Below, one piece after another: positions 1 through 12,123 of a stretch of DNA of 64,000 bases (positions within the stretch are counted from its first letter, which is position 1; the number at the start of each line of letters is the position of its first letter). The notes under the pieces were generated by a model. That model worked only from the letters and a program-made list of their open reading frames with translations, did not search any database and was not told the origin of the DNA. The DNA comes from Gnetum montanum (taxonomy: Eukaryota; Plantae; Gnetophyta): positions 154,472 to 218,471 of the forward strand of contig MNCI01001860.1 of the NCBI GenBank assembly GCA_015680685.1. Reading direction: 5' to 3'. The position numbers and the translations under genes are program-made.

Positions 1-2838
1 AAAAAGGTAGAACAAGAAATTGAAAAATGAAAAACTGTAAAACAAAAAGTTGTAAAATTAAAGAAACTGAAAAATATTTATTAATCCTATTTTTTATTAA
101 AATGGGGGTTATCCCCCATAATTAAACGGTTGAGGATGACAAGGATTAACAAATGAAAGATGAGGGTCCTTTCATGTTGGAAGTATTGAAACTTGGCCAT
201 ACTTACCCCATCAGGGTTCACACACTTGATTATAGTAAGCATAGTGGGGCAACTTATGAGATGTGGTTCCCGAATAATCAGTTGACCCACTATGATAATT
301 GAGACAATAAGATGTTATGCAAAGATTGAGACGTTGCCTTCCATGAATGTGTTCATTGGGCCGTATGGTTGTTGGAGTGTTAATTGGTGGCTCTGATGTA
401 GTGACATGAGGCATTGGGTTCAAAGATAAGGGTGCACCACAGTCTTGGACTTGTGCTAAGTTGGAGAATGCACTAGCCTTGGAATTGTGTTGTCCCTTCC
501 TACGGTCATGTTTAAAGAAGGGAAGCTTTTGATGTTGAGGAGGTCTCTCACTGTTGTTGGCAATAGTAGCATAAGCAGCGTTCACGGGTTGTTGTTGTGG
601 TGCAGACACTTCAGGAATAGTTGGTGGCGATGTAGAAGGAGGGAAAGGATGAGAATGTTAAAATTTAGGAGAAGTGTAAGATAGACAAGGTGGTGGTTGT
701 GTTGAGGACATGGGCTGATAGTATTAAGGAGAATAATAATGCGGTGAGATAGAGTATGTTGACCCAATTGGGGGAACAGGATGTTGAACTAGATAAGCAT
801 TTGGATTTAGATGATACGAAGGGTATCTCCAGTTTAGAGATGGCTTCCCCCATGACTGGGTCTATTGCCACTCTGATTAAACATAGTATCTTTGTACGAA
901 CTCTGGGTGTAACATGTTTCCCCAATGCTCATATAGATGTAACAGGATTGGGCATTGACCCTTGGGATGATCATACAGGAAAATGTTGCATTCATATGTA
1001 TGATTGGCCATTGAGCTCTTATTTTCTTCATCCCTTCTTTCCAATTGTCTAATGATATTTTGTCCTACTTCCTGGGTTGTCAAAACTCTATCTCCAATAA
1101 TATCAATATATTCTTCACACTTTTTTTACGTCCATTCCAACATCTTATTAAGCTTTGCCTCAACTTCCTCTAATGATTGTTGTACCAGCAAAGATGGTTC
1201 TTTCCCCTTGTGATAGGTTGATTTCTCCTTTTTATGATCATGGACCTTTGTTAAGTTGAGATTTTGGGCCCGTTGATGTTTTTCAACACTCTCCCATCTA
1301 GCCATTTCTCCTTCCTCTTTTCCTACTCACTTAATAAGCTCTTGGACTTGATGGGTTCATAGTTCGTATAGTTGACCTTAGGCATACATTCCTAGGGTCT
1401 CTCTTGTTTCATCACAAAGCCGATCAATGATATGGTACATTAGCCTTTCCTCAGAGAACTTATGGCCTGGATAGTTGTTTAAAAGTGCATAATATCTTTC
1501 TATGGCCATATCCAAGGGTTCATGGTGTGCTTGTTTCCACTCTTGGATTTGTTTCCTCAAGGCCAACACTCTTGTGTAGGTTTGATATCTTTTGTTAAAG
1601 AGTTCTACCATTGTTGGCCAACATCGTATTGAATTTGGTTTTAACGATCTATACCATACTTTTGCTTGGCCAANTTATGCTTTTGTGGATTGGGACGATG
1701 TTTCCTTCATTTATATTTATAAAAAACCCCCAGCTTGGATTGCGTACTCCAATCTTCATTGTCATCTAATTCATTGGTTCTCCAATGAATTTCCTCACTA
1801 GGTATGGCATTATCATAGTCTTGTAGAAGAGGCATGGTTGTGCAACTGTGTGTGAATTCGTATGTGAATTTTTGTAATTATTTCTTCTTAAAAGATATAT
1901 CATTAATTCCTATATAGTGACCTTGTATGATATAACTAATCTAGATAACTAGCATTGTTCTCGACAACAGTGCCAATGATGAGTAGAGAGGTACCCCTAC
2001 ACTCAAGCATACAAATACGAGTGTTACATGTGCGATCCAGTCGAACTCTGCAAATGGACTAGTTGTGGCATCTAGACAATTATCCTTAGATTGCAGTTCG
2101 CTATCTTCCCACCTGGACTAGTATTAGCTTTGTCATGTATGGTTTAGTCCAGAGTGAGGTGTATAATGTGTTTCTATGCTAATGCTACTCCTAAAGATAA
2201 TGGAAAGTAATATTGACTAAGCTAAGAGTGAAAGGATGAGAGAGAATCTAGCTAGCCTAAGTGCGATGAGCATCCGTTCCTCGATTATCCGTACACATCT
2301 TGGACTTCATGCACAACTACCGCTGGGATTACCAAGCACAGATCCTACGTACGCTATTGGGTTACCAAGTAGTCACACTTAAATGCTCATAATCAAGTCG
2401 TACTCATTCCGCATTTAACAAGAGTTTAAGGGTGAGAAGATATTAACTAGGAAAGTAGTAAACAACAATTAATTAATTAAACTAAGTGACTGCTGTAATG
2501 ATGAAGTAATCTCGATCTTTATTGCAGGTCATGTGCATGTGCAAGTATGTCACACTTGAATAAGGATGCCATACAATTACAATCACCACACTACGGGCAT
2601 ACATTGGGAAATAGTTCTAACTCTAAGAAGGAAAAAACTGCAAGAGTTTGGGTAAGGAACTAAGAACTAACTCCTAGAACAAGGAAAGCTACCTCTTATT
2701 TATAGAAATTGAGGCATGCCGCAATATCACGTACGCGATATCACGGCTCATGCGATATCGCGGTTGTGTTATCACAGTGATATCACAACTGTGATATCAC
2801 GACAGTGATATCACAACCAACAAATTCATGACTCATCA
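1..2838 (-). mobile_element. 5' part of an Athila-like (Ty3/Gypsy) LTR retrotransposon running off the window start: 5' LTR 1977-2838, PBS, decayed gag
   Basis: LTR bounded by TGATGAG (1977) and CTCATCA (2838). The minus-strand sequence after the LTR reads ttggcactgttgtcgagaac, a decayed tRNA-Asp-type PBS (TGGCGCCGTTGCCGGGGA). The LTR aligns by eye with 11147-11526 and 52216-53089. PPT-like atggggga near 110-121 on the minus strand. Confidence 0.85.
1040..1850 (-). pseudogene. Degenerate retrotransposon gag (Retrotrans_gag-like)
   Basis: ORF 1378-1611 ELFNKRYQTYTRVLALRKQIQEWKQ..EPLDMAIERYYALLNNYPGH resembles the Gypsy capsid region and matches the gag remnants at 36600-37000 and 54300-54700. 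Boundaries approximate. Confidence 0.75.
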
Positions 2839-2843
2839 CATAC

Positions 2844-3964
2844 TAAGAAGATCATGAGATACATCCATTGGAGGGTTGCCTTTTGAAGGTTAATCATCCA
2901 AGATAAAATCTAAGACATCTTGTGCTTCCATACTTATTATTTTCTCTTCCCCTTTACTTCGTTGCTCTTCCTCCATAGCAACCTTAGCTGCTAATTCCTT
3001 CCTTTTCATTGCAACAAAACTAAAGCCAAAAAATAAAATTAGTAAACATTTTTATCAACAAAATATAATAAAAAGATAAATGTTAAAACCAAAAAAACTA
3101 AAATTCAATTAATATATACATACCATCAACAACTTGACTAGCCTTGTTGACCTTGATTGAGAGTTTCTTAGATGCCTGCTAGTTAGGAGTCGTGACATTT
3201 TCTTCAACTCTTGGCCTTTGTATCCTTTCCTTAGCAGTACCATCTACTTCTACACACGACCTTTCTATCCTTTATGCCTCGTCATGCATAGCACAAGGCT
3301 TCATCCCCATGCTATTAGGGTAATAACCACGTAGACCATTAACATTCTTAGTGGTAACGGATAACGATTCATCTGCATGCTTCATGGATGGGTCTTAGAC
3401 CTGCATTAAGTGAGCAATATATTTAGCCCAAGACTTGGGAAGTTGGAAAACATTAGGCTACCCATTTTCCATCTTTCTTGATCATCCAAAACTCCACAAA
3501 CCTTCTGAGATATGTACTAAAAATGAAAAATGCACATGATACATTGAATCAAGTTTGTTTCGGAGTTTTTATATATCACCCCTTAGACCAATAACCAAAA
3601 AAGTGGCCCAATCAAACCTAGTATCATTAGTCAATACCTTTGTCATAGCCCAAGTTTATTAAACATCTATGGTTTTTTTCAGTGATAATAGCATGGAAAA
3701 AACTCTAGAGTGGAATAGAGGATATAACTCATTTGCCTCAATATCACAATTATGAAAGGATAACGTTGCACCAAGAGGTGATTTGAGCCAAGCCTCCATA
3801 TCTTCTCTAAAGCTATGACCTTTCCTTGCTCTAATGGTCATCTTAACACCATGAGTAGGTACATCGAAGAGATTTTTAAACATTTCTTCATTGTTAAACC
3901 CCAAAATTGATTTAGTTTTTAAATAAGTATCCTTGTAAAATTCATGCATTTCAATCAATTTCAT
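2844..3964 (-). pseudogene. Fragment of an Athila-type ORF2 ('env-like'/plant transposon protein), homologous to 55789-58621, with an intron-like segment at ~3010-3123
   Basis: Shares NLF..P..G, E.WL, LYPLF and (F/Y)(D/N)WA.FL motifs with 56000-56450. Minus-strand GTATGT donor at 3123, followed by a T-rich tract with a CTAAT branch-like motif. Confidence 0.6.
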
Positions 3965-4632
3965 TTTGTATTATATATTAATTGTTTGTTTAATGTCTAT
4001 TTTAGTTTATTGTATTGCAAGTTATAGCTAATATAATTGTAGTGTGATTATGGGTAGTTTTTATATTGGTTAGTTTAATTAAGATCATTGGTGTTAATTA
4101 TAGTTGTATGTGAAACTTAGTCTTTTGAGTTTTTACATCCCCATGTGTTGCTTAAATTCATTTTATTACAATAAGGCTAAGATAATGATGGTGATATACT
4201 TTAATATCATTAGTATATACATTTGTCATATTCAATAGATGTATAAAGCCTGGATGAATAATATTTCAATTCTATCGTACTATATGTTAGCATGGTTTCG
4301 CTTACACTCTATACGAAAACACCCTTGCACTCCATCGATTTTGTTAACCTATTGTTTAATTTCTCAAATTCTAAAATATTATTAAGATCATTGTAACTGC
4401 AACATCCGCAACTTCTGGAGGCTGGCCCACGACTCTGTCACGTAAGACTTGGCAGATCTAGCACAAATTTCCCAAGACTATGCAGACAAATCTATGACAC
4501 GTACGCCTTGCCGGCTGCTTTGACGTGGATTCCAATAATACGTTGCACAATCTCAAACAAGTCTTCTCCCACGCACCAGTTTGGAATCACAGTGCACAGC
4601 AGCAATGTCCGCCATGGCCAGAACCACAACGA

Positions 4633-4960
4633 TGACAGTGGACACTGTTGCTGCACAAAAGCTCAACGTTTCCAGCGCTGGCTATTGTGCTTGTAGCGAC
4701 GATAATTTCTTCAACGACGTTCATCAAATCTGTTGAGGCGGAGTAGACGTGCGCCGATTGGCAGCTTTTCACGGCCAACGTGGGGGTATCAACCATGGAA
4801 CTGGTGCTGATGCCAAACGACAAAATCATCATCTTGGACTACACCTACTTGGGCAGCACCTCCAATATCAATCTTGCCAAGGACCGGCCCTGCGTCCAGG
4901 GCGTGGACGCCTTCAATCCCAGCATGTCCATTAAGGAAGACTACTGGGCTCACTCCGCCC
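4633..4960 (+). pseudogene. Glyoxal oxidase / aldehyde oxidase GLOX-like N-terminal fragment
   Basis: Frame reads signal-peptide-like FPALAIVLVATIISSTTFIKSVEA, a stop at 4744 (TAG, probably from CAG), then WQLFTANVGVSTMELVLMPNDKIIILDYTYLGSTSNINL...DYWAHSA. This matches the plant GLOX N-terminus (W.LL..N.GVSAMHM.L..NDKV.IFD.T..G.SN...DC.AHS). Truncated after AHS. Confidence 0.8.
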
Positions 4961-4979
4961 ATCGACATGCCATTCCTGC

Positions 4980-5450
4980 ATGGAACCTGACATTGCCAAG
5001 CTGTCGTACCTCCAGGCGGTGATCAAGAAATTTCTACGTCTGAATATGGCAATCCCGCTTTTAGTACCTCACATGAACCTCAAAAAGGCCAAGCTTGGTG
5101 GCTACGACATCCCTGCAAAGAGCAAGATCCTCATGAATGCCTGGTATTTGGCAAACAATCCTGACTAGAGGAATATGTCTCATGTTTTCAATCCTGATCG
5201 TTTTCTGGCCATGGGAAAAATCGAGGCTAGCGGCAACGATTTCAAGTTCTACCATTTGGTGTGTGCTAGCATAGTTGCCCGGGGATTATTCTGGCTCTGC
5301 CCATTCTATCGCTCGCGACAGGGAAGTTGCTGCAGAAGTTCGATCTACTACCTTTGCCAGGAATGGATAAGGTGGATATCTATGAAAAGGGGAGGCACTT
5401 CTCCATGATTTTGAAAACACGCAAGTGCACCGTTGTTTGTGGATCACCAA
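4980..5450 (+). pseudogene. C4H: Cinnamate 4-hydroxylase (CYP73A) C-terminal fragment
   Basis: [56 protein letters not shown], then F.P.RFL...IEASGNDFK, a frameshifted heme motif PFGV...SCPGIILALPIL, and LLQKFDLLP.PG.DKVD..EKG..FS. These are CYP73A-diagnostic. Stop at 5166; no N-terminal two-thirds. Confidence 0.9.
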
Positions 5451-5673
5451 TATTGATGTCTATTAAAATTAGGATTTGAGGAGGCTGTCGGCAGTGTTGT
5501 TGTTGTGGAGGAGAGTGAGGCGGCGTAACAGATTTTGGGATTGTGTGGTGTAGCAGGGGTCTTTTACTTACAGTGTGGCAACCTTACATGCCATTGTGGC
5601 AAGGTCAAACTTCCAAAGAATCCAAACTCCGAATGGGGCATGCGACATCTCTACCATTATGTGGTTTAACATG

Positions 5674-7550
5674 TAATAAGATTTTCTCCACCACTTCCCA
5701 AGATTTTGTATTAATCAAAAATATCGATACCAACTTAGTACTACCCTGGATTGGCACTTTATCAATCCATTTTTAATTTATTTATTTTTGAAATATTGTG
5801 GGGAATAAATAATACATTTTATTAGGGGGGAAAGCATAGAAAAGATTCTATTGAGAGGATTAAAGAGGAGAAGGAATTGATACCCAATGAATTTCACATC
5901 AAGTTGAGATTAATTGTTTGTGTAATTCATATTGAAGATCTGTTGAGCCTTGTGACAATTCTTGGAGTCCATCGTCTAATGGTCAAAATTTCTCCATTGT
6001 GAAGACAACAAGGTAGAATTGCAATTCAAGCAAAGTCTCCCTTGNGAATGCAACACATGGGTTAGTCATAAATGAGGTGATAATATCTACAACAGAAAGA
6101 AAAATACATTTTAAAGGTATCAAGCACCGAATTTTGCTTGGCTCGTCAATTTGGCACCGTTGTCGGGGAGGTTGACAGAGTCAATCTTTATTAAGAGTTT
6201 TGTATGTTTTAATTTCATTTTATAATTTCATATTACAGTACATTTTATTTTATTTCATTTATTTTATTTTATGTTTCTTTTATTTAAGTAATTTTAGAAA
6301 AGGTTTCTTTTCCTAGTTTTTCTTACATTAAAAAATCCAAAAATAAGGAAAAATCTCAAGAATTAGTTCCTCTTATCATACAACTAGCTGAAATTATTTA
6401 AAAATTTGTAATTAAAGTTACGATAGTAGAAGTTATTAAATCAATTTTCTTAGAAATGGTAGCCCATAAATGTGCCAACGAAGACTTCTCTTGTTAAATG
6501 AAACCAACAAAGTGACCAAGGAAACCAACACAAATTCAACCTTCTAGGAGCACTCTTAGCCTTTATAAACATACAAAAGTCACTCAAAAACAAGGCCATG
6601 AGGAAGCAATACAATCAAGATCTACTTTTTCTTCCCCTTTGACAACACAAAATCCCAAATAAAAAACACAAAATTTTTCCATATCTATTAATCCTCTATT
6701 TGATATTCCAACTACAACCATGAGTTCAACTACCAAGGCAAGGTCTCAAAATCTAAATACTACCCAAATCCTATAGTAATCTGAATAGTAATCTCTATTT
6801 ACACAATGGGATCATCTTCACATCATACACCTTCCTCATTTTCCTTAGGTTCAATTCCTTTCTCCTTTGATAATTTGAGTTTCAATGTTCCAATTGTCCA
6901 ACCTTACCTAGGACAAACCCTTGGGGAGTTATTGAATCAAGGTTGTACAGGCTACAAACAAGGTTTGATCATTTGACACCAATCCTCCTCTATGCACCTT
7001 AAACCTATAAATTAAAACATAAAATTAGTTAAGAAAATAGCCTTAAAATTAAAACAAACATGTGGAGTTAAGACAACGTTTTCCCTTCCAGGATGTAGAC
7101 ATTTCCAAGAGGATTTTGGAATAAAGTAATCAATGTCTAATCCATCATCAAGGTATTGTTTGTATTGTATTGAGAATAGATTGCTCATATTGTATTGCAA
7201 GGTATTGTATTGTATTGTTGAACCCTTGTAGAGAAAGAACTCTCATTGTGCTCTAATTCTATCTAAGTTTTGCGATCATTGAACATATACTTAAGGATGT
7301 AATTAGAAGACCTTGCCAAGTATTCGTGATCACAGCTACAATATCCATGACCAAGTATGATCCCATTATCACACTAAAATGTTGTAGTACATATATCAAG
7401 AACTCTTTGGTACCAAGTCTAAACCATGCATGGGTGTGCTCATTAATGGTTACATCAAACATTAAAATGTTCTGGGAAGCCATTTCAGTAAAGTACAAAA
7501 TGCCTGCCATTTCCACAACAACCAAAATTGGTTTTAGTAGAACCTTGCAC
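5674..7550 (+). mobile_element. Gypsy LTR (5674-6148) with tRNA-Asp-type PBS and decayed internal region
   Basis: LTR ends CTCGTCA (6148) followed by ttggcaccgttgtcgggga (6151-6169). Its start taataag (5674) is the deamination product expected from TGACGAG. The 3' extent is uncertain. Confidence 0.6.
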
Positions 7551-8694
7551 ACAACAAAAATATGTAATTGTTAAAACATAAAACCTTTAACAAATAAAAA
7601 TAAATAAAATCAATTAAAATAGCCTCAAGAGTGGTAGTGTTGACATAGAAACACAAAACAAAAAAAATAGTCAAGCATATCAACACAATTACAATTGCAA
7701 TTCAAATCAAAATTAGGCCTTCGCACAAATATTTGACATGACAAAAAATCAAATTTGATATTTAAATAATGCTTGACATAGAAATAATTCAATTTGTCAT
7801 CTTTTCAACTAATTGACACAAAACTAAGATAGTTAATACCTTGAAAAATCAAGTTTGACATTTTGTCAAATACTTGACATGCAATGCATTTCTACAAATA
7901 GCTGACATAAGATCAAGTTTTTACAAAAATAGGTGGCCAAGATTGATAGCGCAAGAGCTTGATGGGTAGAAAATTTCCAAAAACAATGGTCAAAGAGCTC
8001 ATACAGTGTCATACTCTAAAGATATGGGATCAATGAAGAAACATAAGATTTTGTGACTCTAAAAGCCTATACGCTACCATTCTTTCCAATAAGAAAAACT
8101 TCAAAGTACCCTATACAATATACAATATTCCATCAGTCTAGGGAGGGTCATACCCTACTCTTGCAGAGTCTAAGCATTCACACACTGATAACAAGAGTAG
8201 AAAAAAATTCAAAATATTCAATCAAAGCCCTAAGCACTCAAATGCTATAATAATTTATCATTAAACATTTGAAGCTCTACATTCCAAGCAAAAATGTGAT
8301 CAACATAGGTCCTAGTTCTAGAAAAAAATATTAAAAAGTTATTTTGAAGTATAAATGAAATGAACATTACTAGAACAACCCAGGATTTACCCAAATGTTG
8401 ACATACAAATTCAATGAACTTTCATTAAAAAAAACCTTAATTAACTAGAATTTGAGCATGGAAAAACTATAAGTGTAGTAATTTAATTTAGAAAAATGAA
8501 AAACATTGTCTTAAATATGAAAAGAAAAACCCAAAACCCTACTAGTATAGGGAAAATTTTACAAGAAAACCTTAGTTTTTTTTTATCAGAAAACCTTAAT
8601 TTAACACAAATTGACTAGAAAAAAACCTGGGAAAAAATCCATTTTTTTAAAAAATCATTTTAGGCCATAGATACAATGAACATAATCATTTTGC

Positions 8695-10332
8695 TCTGAG
8701 ATTGACATCTAAGATCTCATATGCTACGAAAACTAGTTTAAAAAGTTATCATATGGATTCCATAGCTCCCTACCCAAGGTGCCAAGAGTAAAAATCATCG
8801 TAGTAGCATGATTATATTTGGTACGATGCTCAATTCTTCCAAGTCACCAAGTTACTAAAATGTTGCTAACCCATCATCATTAATCATAGTAGAGTAATTG
8901 GTAGACTATGGTTCATTGTATCTATGCCACAAATAATTAATGAGAAAAAACCATACTTTGTAGTTAACTAACCTTGGAAAAAAGAAAAAAATTATAAAAA
9001 AAATACAAGCATGGCCTTGAACTTTTCTACATTGCATTTACCTTTCCCAAAGGTCAATAAAATTGATCATATGTGACCAAACCCCACCAACATTATTAAT
9101 TGTGCATAGAAAAAATGATAAATGACAAAACACAGCCAAAGTAAGCCACAATGCTACATACTAGGCTAAGAAAAATCTAAATCTATACCATAAAAAATAT
9201 AAAAAATCCAATTTCACCCCTAATATGGTCACAAAGTCCTACACAATTAATCTATGTAGTTAAAATTCAAAATCCTATCATACATAGGCCAAAAAAATCA
9301 AGAACATTGTGTAGAAAACAAAAGAAAATGTAGAGAAAACTAGTACTTGGAAGTCACTAACAAAGATCCTTCTCCTATAGATTGGTTAGAAAGCCTTGAT
9401 ACAATCCTTATAGCCTCCTCTACCTCTTCTAGTCCTAGATTTCAACTTGCTGATCCATTCCTTTTCTTCATAGTCACCAAATCTCATAAGTTCTACCTTT
9501 GAATACTACAAGGCGAAGCCTAAATTTCCTAGGTTTGTTCTAATATGCTAAGAATAGGAGGTGGTAAATTCCAAATTAGCTTACATACACTATGCAAATG
9601 GAGTTTATGATTCCAAGTTTAGCTCTCACACATTGTACTAGTGAAATCAAAAATGAAATTAGGTTCATAATCTAAGGCTTGGTGCTAAAATCTTCTTTTC
9701 AGCTTATATACATTGAGCATAAATGCCTAAACAAGCTAAGGACTACCTCAAACACATTGGGGATGAGAAATATAAAATGAAATTAGATCCATATGCTAGC
9801 TTTTGGTGAAAGATTTGATTTTTCTAGTCCACATGCTATCAATATGGTCAAATTTTGGTAATAGGTCAGCCCAACATACCATAAGCAAAAATACCTAAGG
9901 TTCCACATGTTGGGCTAATGAAATTAACTATGAAATTGAGATCATATGCTAACTTATCTTATAAAATTAATTTTTATCATCCCACACACTACCCATCCAG
10001 CTCCTACAAACTACCTAATGGGCTCCATAAAGCCTAGAAAAAATCACTAAGGATTTCACATGTTGTGGGTGTGAAATTGACTAGGAAATTAACCTCATAT
10101 GTTGCATTTTGGTCTGAGATTAACATCTAAGATCTCATACACTATGAAAACTAGTTTAAAAAGTTATCATATGCATTCCATAGCTCCCTACCCAAGGTGC
10201 CAAGAGTAAAAAACAATACAGTAGCATGATTATATTTGGTACGATGCTCAATTCTTCAAAGTCACCAAGTTACTAAAATGTTGCTAACCCATCCTCATTA
10301 ATCATAGTAGAGTAATTGGTAAACTATGGTTC
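8695..10332 (+). repeat. Dispersed direct duplication of ~220 bp (8695-8914 and 10113-10332)
   Basis: Near-identical copies: tctgagatt..catctaagatctcata...ccctacccaaggtgccaagagtaaaaa...gtagagtaattggta.actatggttc. Confidence 0.9.
9640..10150. repeat. Degenerate tandem repeat, ~130-150 bp period, about 4 units
   Basis: Recurring tgaaatt..(a/c)t..gaaatt.gatc.atatg(c/t)t motif near 9642, 9778, 9919 and 10072. Confidence 0.5.
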
Positions 10333-12123
10333 TTGATGATCACTATCCATCAACATCATCTGTTCCTAAATTCTAGAGTTTGATCTATCTATTGAAGATT
10401 CAAAGTAAGCAAAATATGCACTAGACAATGGAATCTTATGTGTTATTGATGGAAACATCTTCTTCAAATTAGGTTCATCTACCAGGGATTCTTTTACACA
10501 TTCATGTTTCAAGAATTGATAAACAGTACTTCCAACTTTTGCATTGAAGTTCCCACAAAGAATAAATGGAACTAGACTTAGGAATAACTTATTCTTCAAA
10601 CATTCTTCTATTTTTTTAATTAAGTATGCTTCTTAACATAGTCTAACATCTGAACATGTTTATTTGACAATTAAATGTGTGTTAACTATGCATACAAACC
10701 TTTCTACTAAATGGATTTTTAGAATCAATGCCAAATATATGTGATTTTTCCAAAATGTTGACTGTTCCTTTTTTTCCATTATTTGAATTTTTGTAATTTC
10801 AAAAATCATATTTTCTAAACTTCATTCAAATATTTGTACCAATTTAAAATTGATTTCTTTATAAAGAATCATGCACCCATCCATGTTGTGGTTTCTACAA
10901 TAGGCTAATCTATATGGCTCAAAGGAAGAACTTCCATAAGAATCTTTTTACTTGTAAATACCTCTGTATCCCATCTTTTCCAAGTTTGGTTGGAATTGGT
11001 ATAGAAACTCCCATGGCAAGACTTCTTGTAGGCACAAGACATTAGCATCTATATCTTCTAACTCTATTAAGATGTGTGGATATCGATATTCATGCCAATC
11101 CAAGGCCCATGATGAACATAGTAGATGTTGTTTCTTACTCACTAGGTGATGAGATGCGGTTCGCACAGGCCGTGATATCGCGTACGCAATATCGCATCCT
11201 TCCCTACGATATCGCGTACGCGATATCGTAGTCCACCGCCATGTCTATAAATAAGAGGCGGCTCTCTCTTGTTTGGGATCCTAGTTTTAGAGTAGCGAAG
11301 CTCTGGCAGTTTGATCCCTCCAGAGTTAGAATTTTTCCCGTGTCTACCCGCAGTGTGGTGAATGTAATTATACGGTGTCTTTATTCGAGTGTGTCGTACT
11401 TGGACACGCACATGACCGGCAATAAAGATCGATATTACTTCATCATTGTAGCATTCACTTAGTTTATTTTATTGTTATTTATTTAATGTTATTCATTGCT
11501 TTCATAGCGCGGTGTGAGTACGACTTNNNNNNNNNNNNNNNNNNNNNNNNNNNNNNNNNNNNNNNNNNNNNNNNNNNNNNNNNNNNNNNNNNNNNNNNNN
11601 NNNNNNNNNNNNNNNNNNNNNNNNNNNNNNNNNNNNNNNNNNNNNNNNNNNNNNNNNNNNNNNNNNNNNNNNNNNNNNNNNNNNNNNNNNNNNNNNNNNN
11701 NNNNNNNNNNNNNNNNNNNNNNNNNNNNNNNNNNNNNNNNNNNNNNNNNNNNNNNNNNNNNNNNNNNNNNNNNNNNNNNNNNNNNNNNNNNNNNNNNNNN
11801 NNNNNNNNNNNNNNNNNNNNNNNNNNNNNNNNNNNNNNNNNNNNNNNNNNNNNNNNNNNNNNNNNNNNNNNNNNNNNNNNNNNNNNNNNNNNNNNNNNNN
11901 NNNNNNNNNNNNNNNNNNNNNNNNNNNNNNNNNNNNNNNNNNNNNNNNNNNNNNNNNNNNNNNNNNNNNNNNNNNNNNNNNNNNNNNNNNNNNNNCTCAT
12001 CACTAGGGATCTTGCAAGCACATTGTATGTTGCAACTTTCATTCTCATTCTTGGATTCTCTTTTGAATCATTTCTCTTCATGAGTATCATGCACCTTGTC
12101 AAAATGATATTTGGAGTCTCCAT
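10300..12123 (-). pseudogene. Intronless CCR4/Angel/nocturnin-family (EEP) nuclease pseudogene interrupted by a solo LTR
   Basis: Removing 11147-12002 plus one TSD joins MKVATYNVLARSLV to SKKQHLLCSSWALDWHEYRYPHILIELEDIDANVLCLQEV in frame. Further motifs: GYRGIYK, DGCMILYK, VCIVNTHL, DVRLC, PFILCGNFN, LSSAY, EP*FTNYS. Several stops and a frameshift; the final DYI/PSDH motifs were not found. Confidence 0.85.
11147..12002 (+). mobile_element. Young solo LTR of the Athila-like family (spans an N gap)
   Basis: TGATGAG...CTCATCA termini with a perfect 5-bp TSD CTAGG (11142-11146 and 12003-12007). The 856-bp span matches the 862-876-bp sister LTRs. CpGs are intact. The gap could hide a longer element. 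Confidence 0.85.

Noticed and set aside
4300-5670. Helitron or Pack-MULE termini around the GLOX-C4H chimera
   Set aside because: No convincing TC...hairpin-CTRR ends or TIR/TSD could be identified by eye, so no carrier element is annotated.
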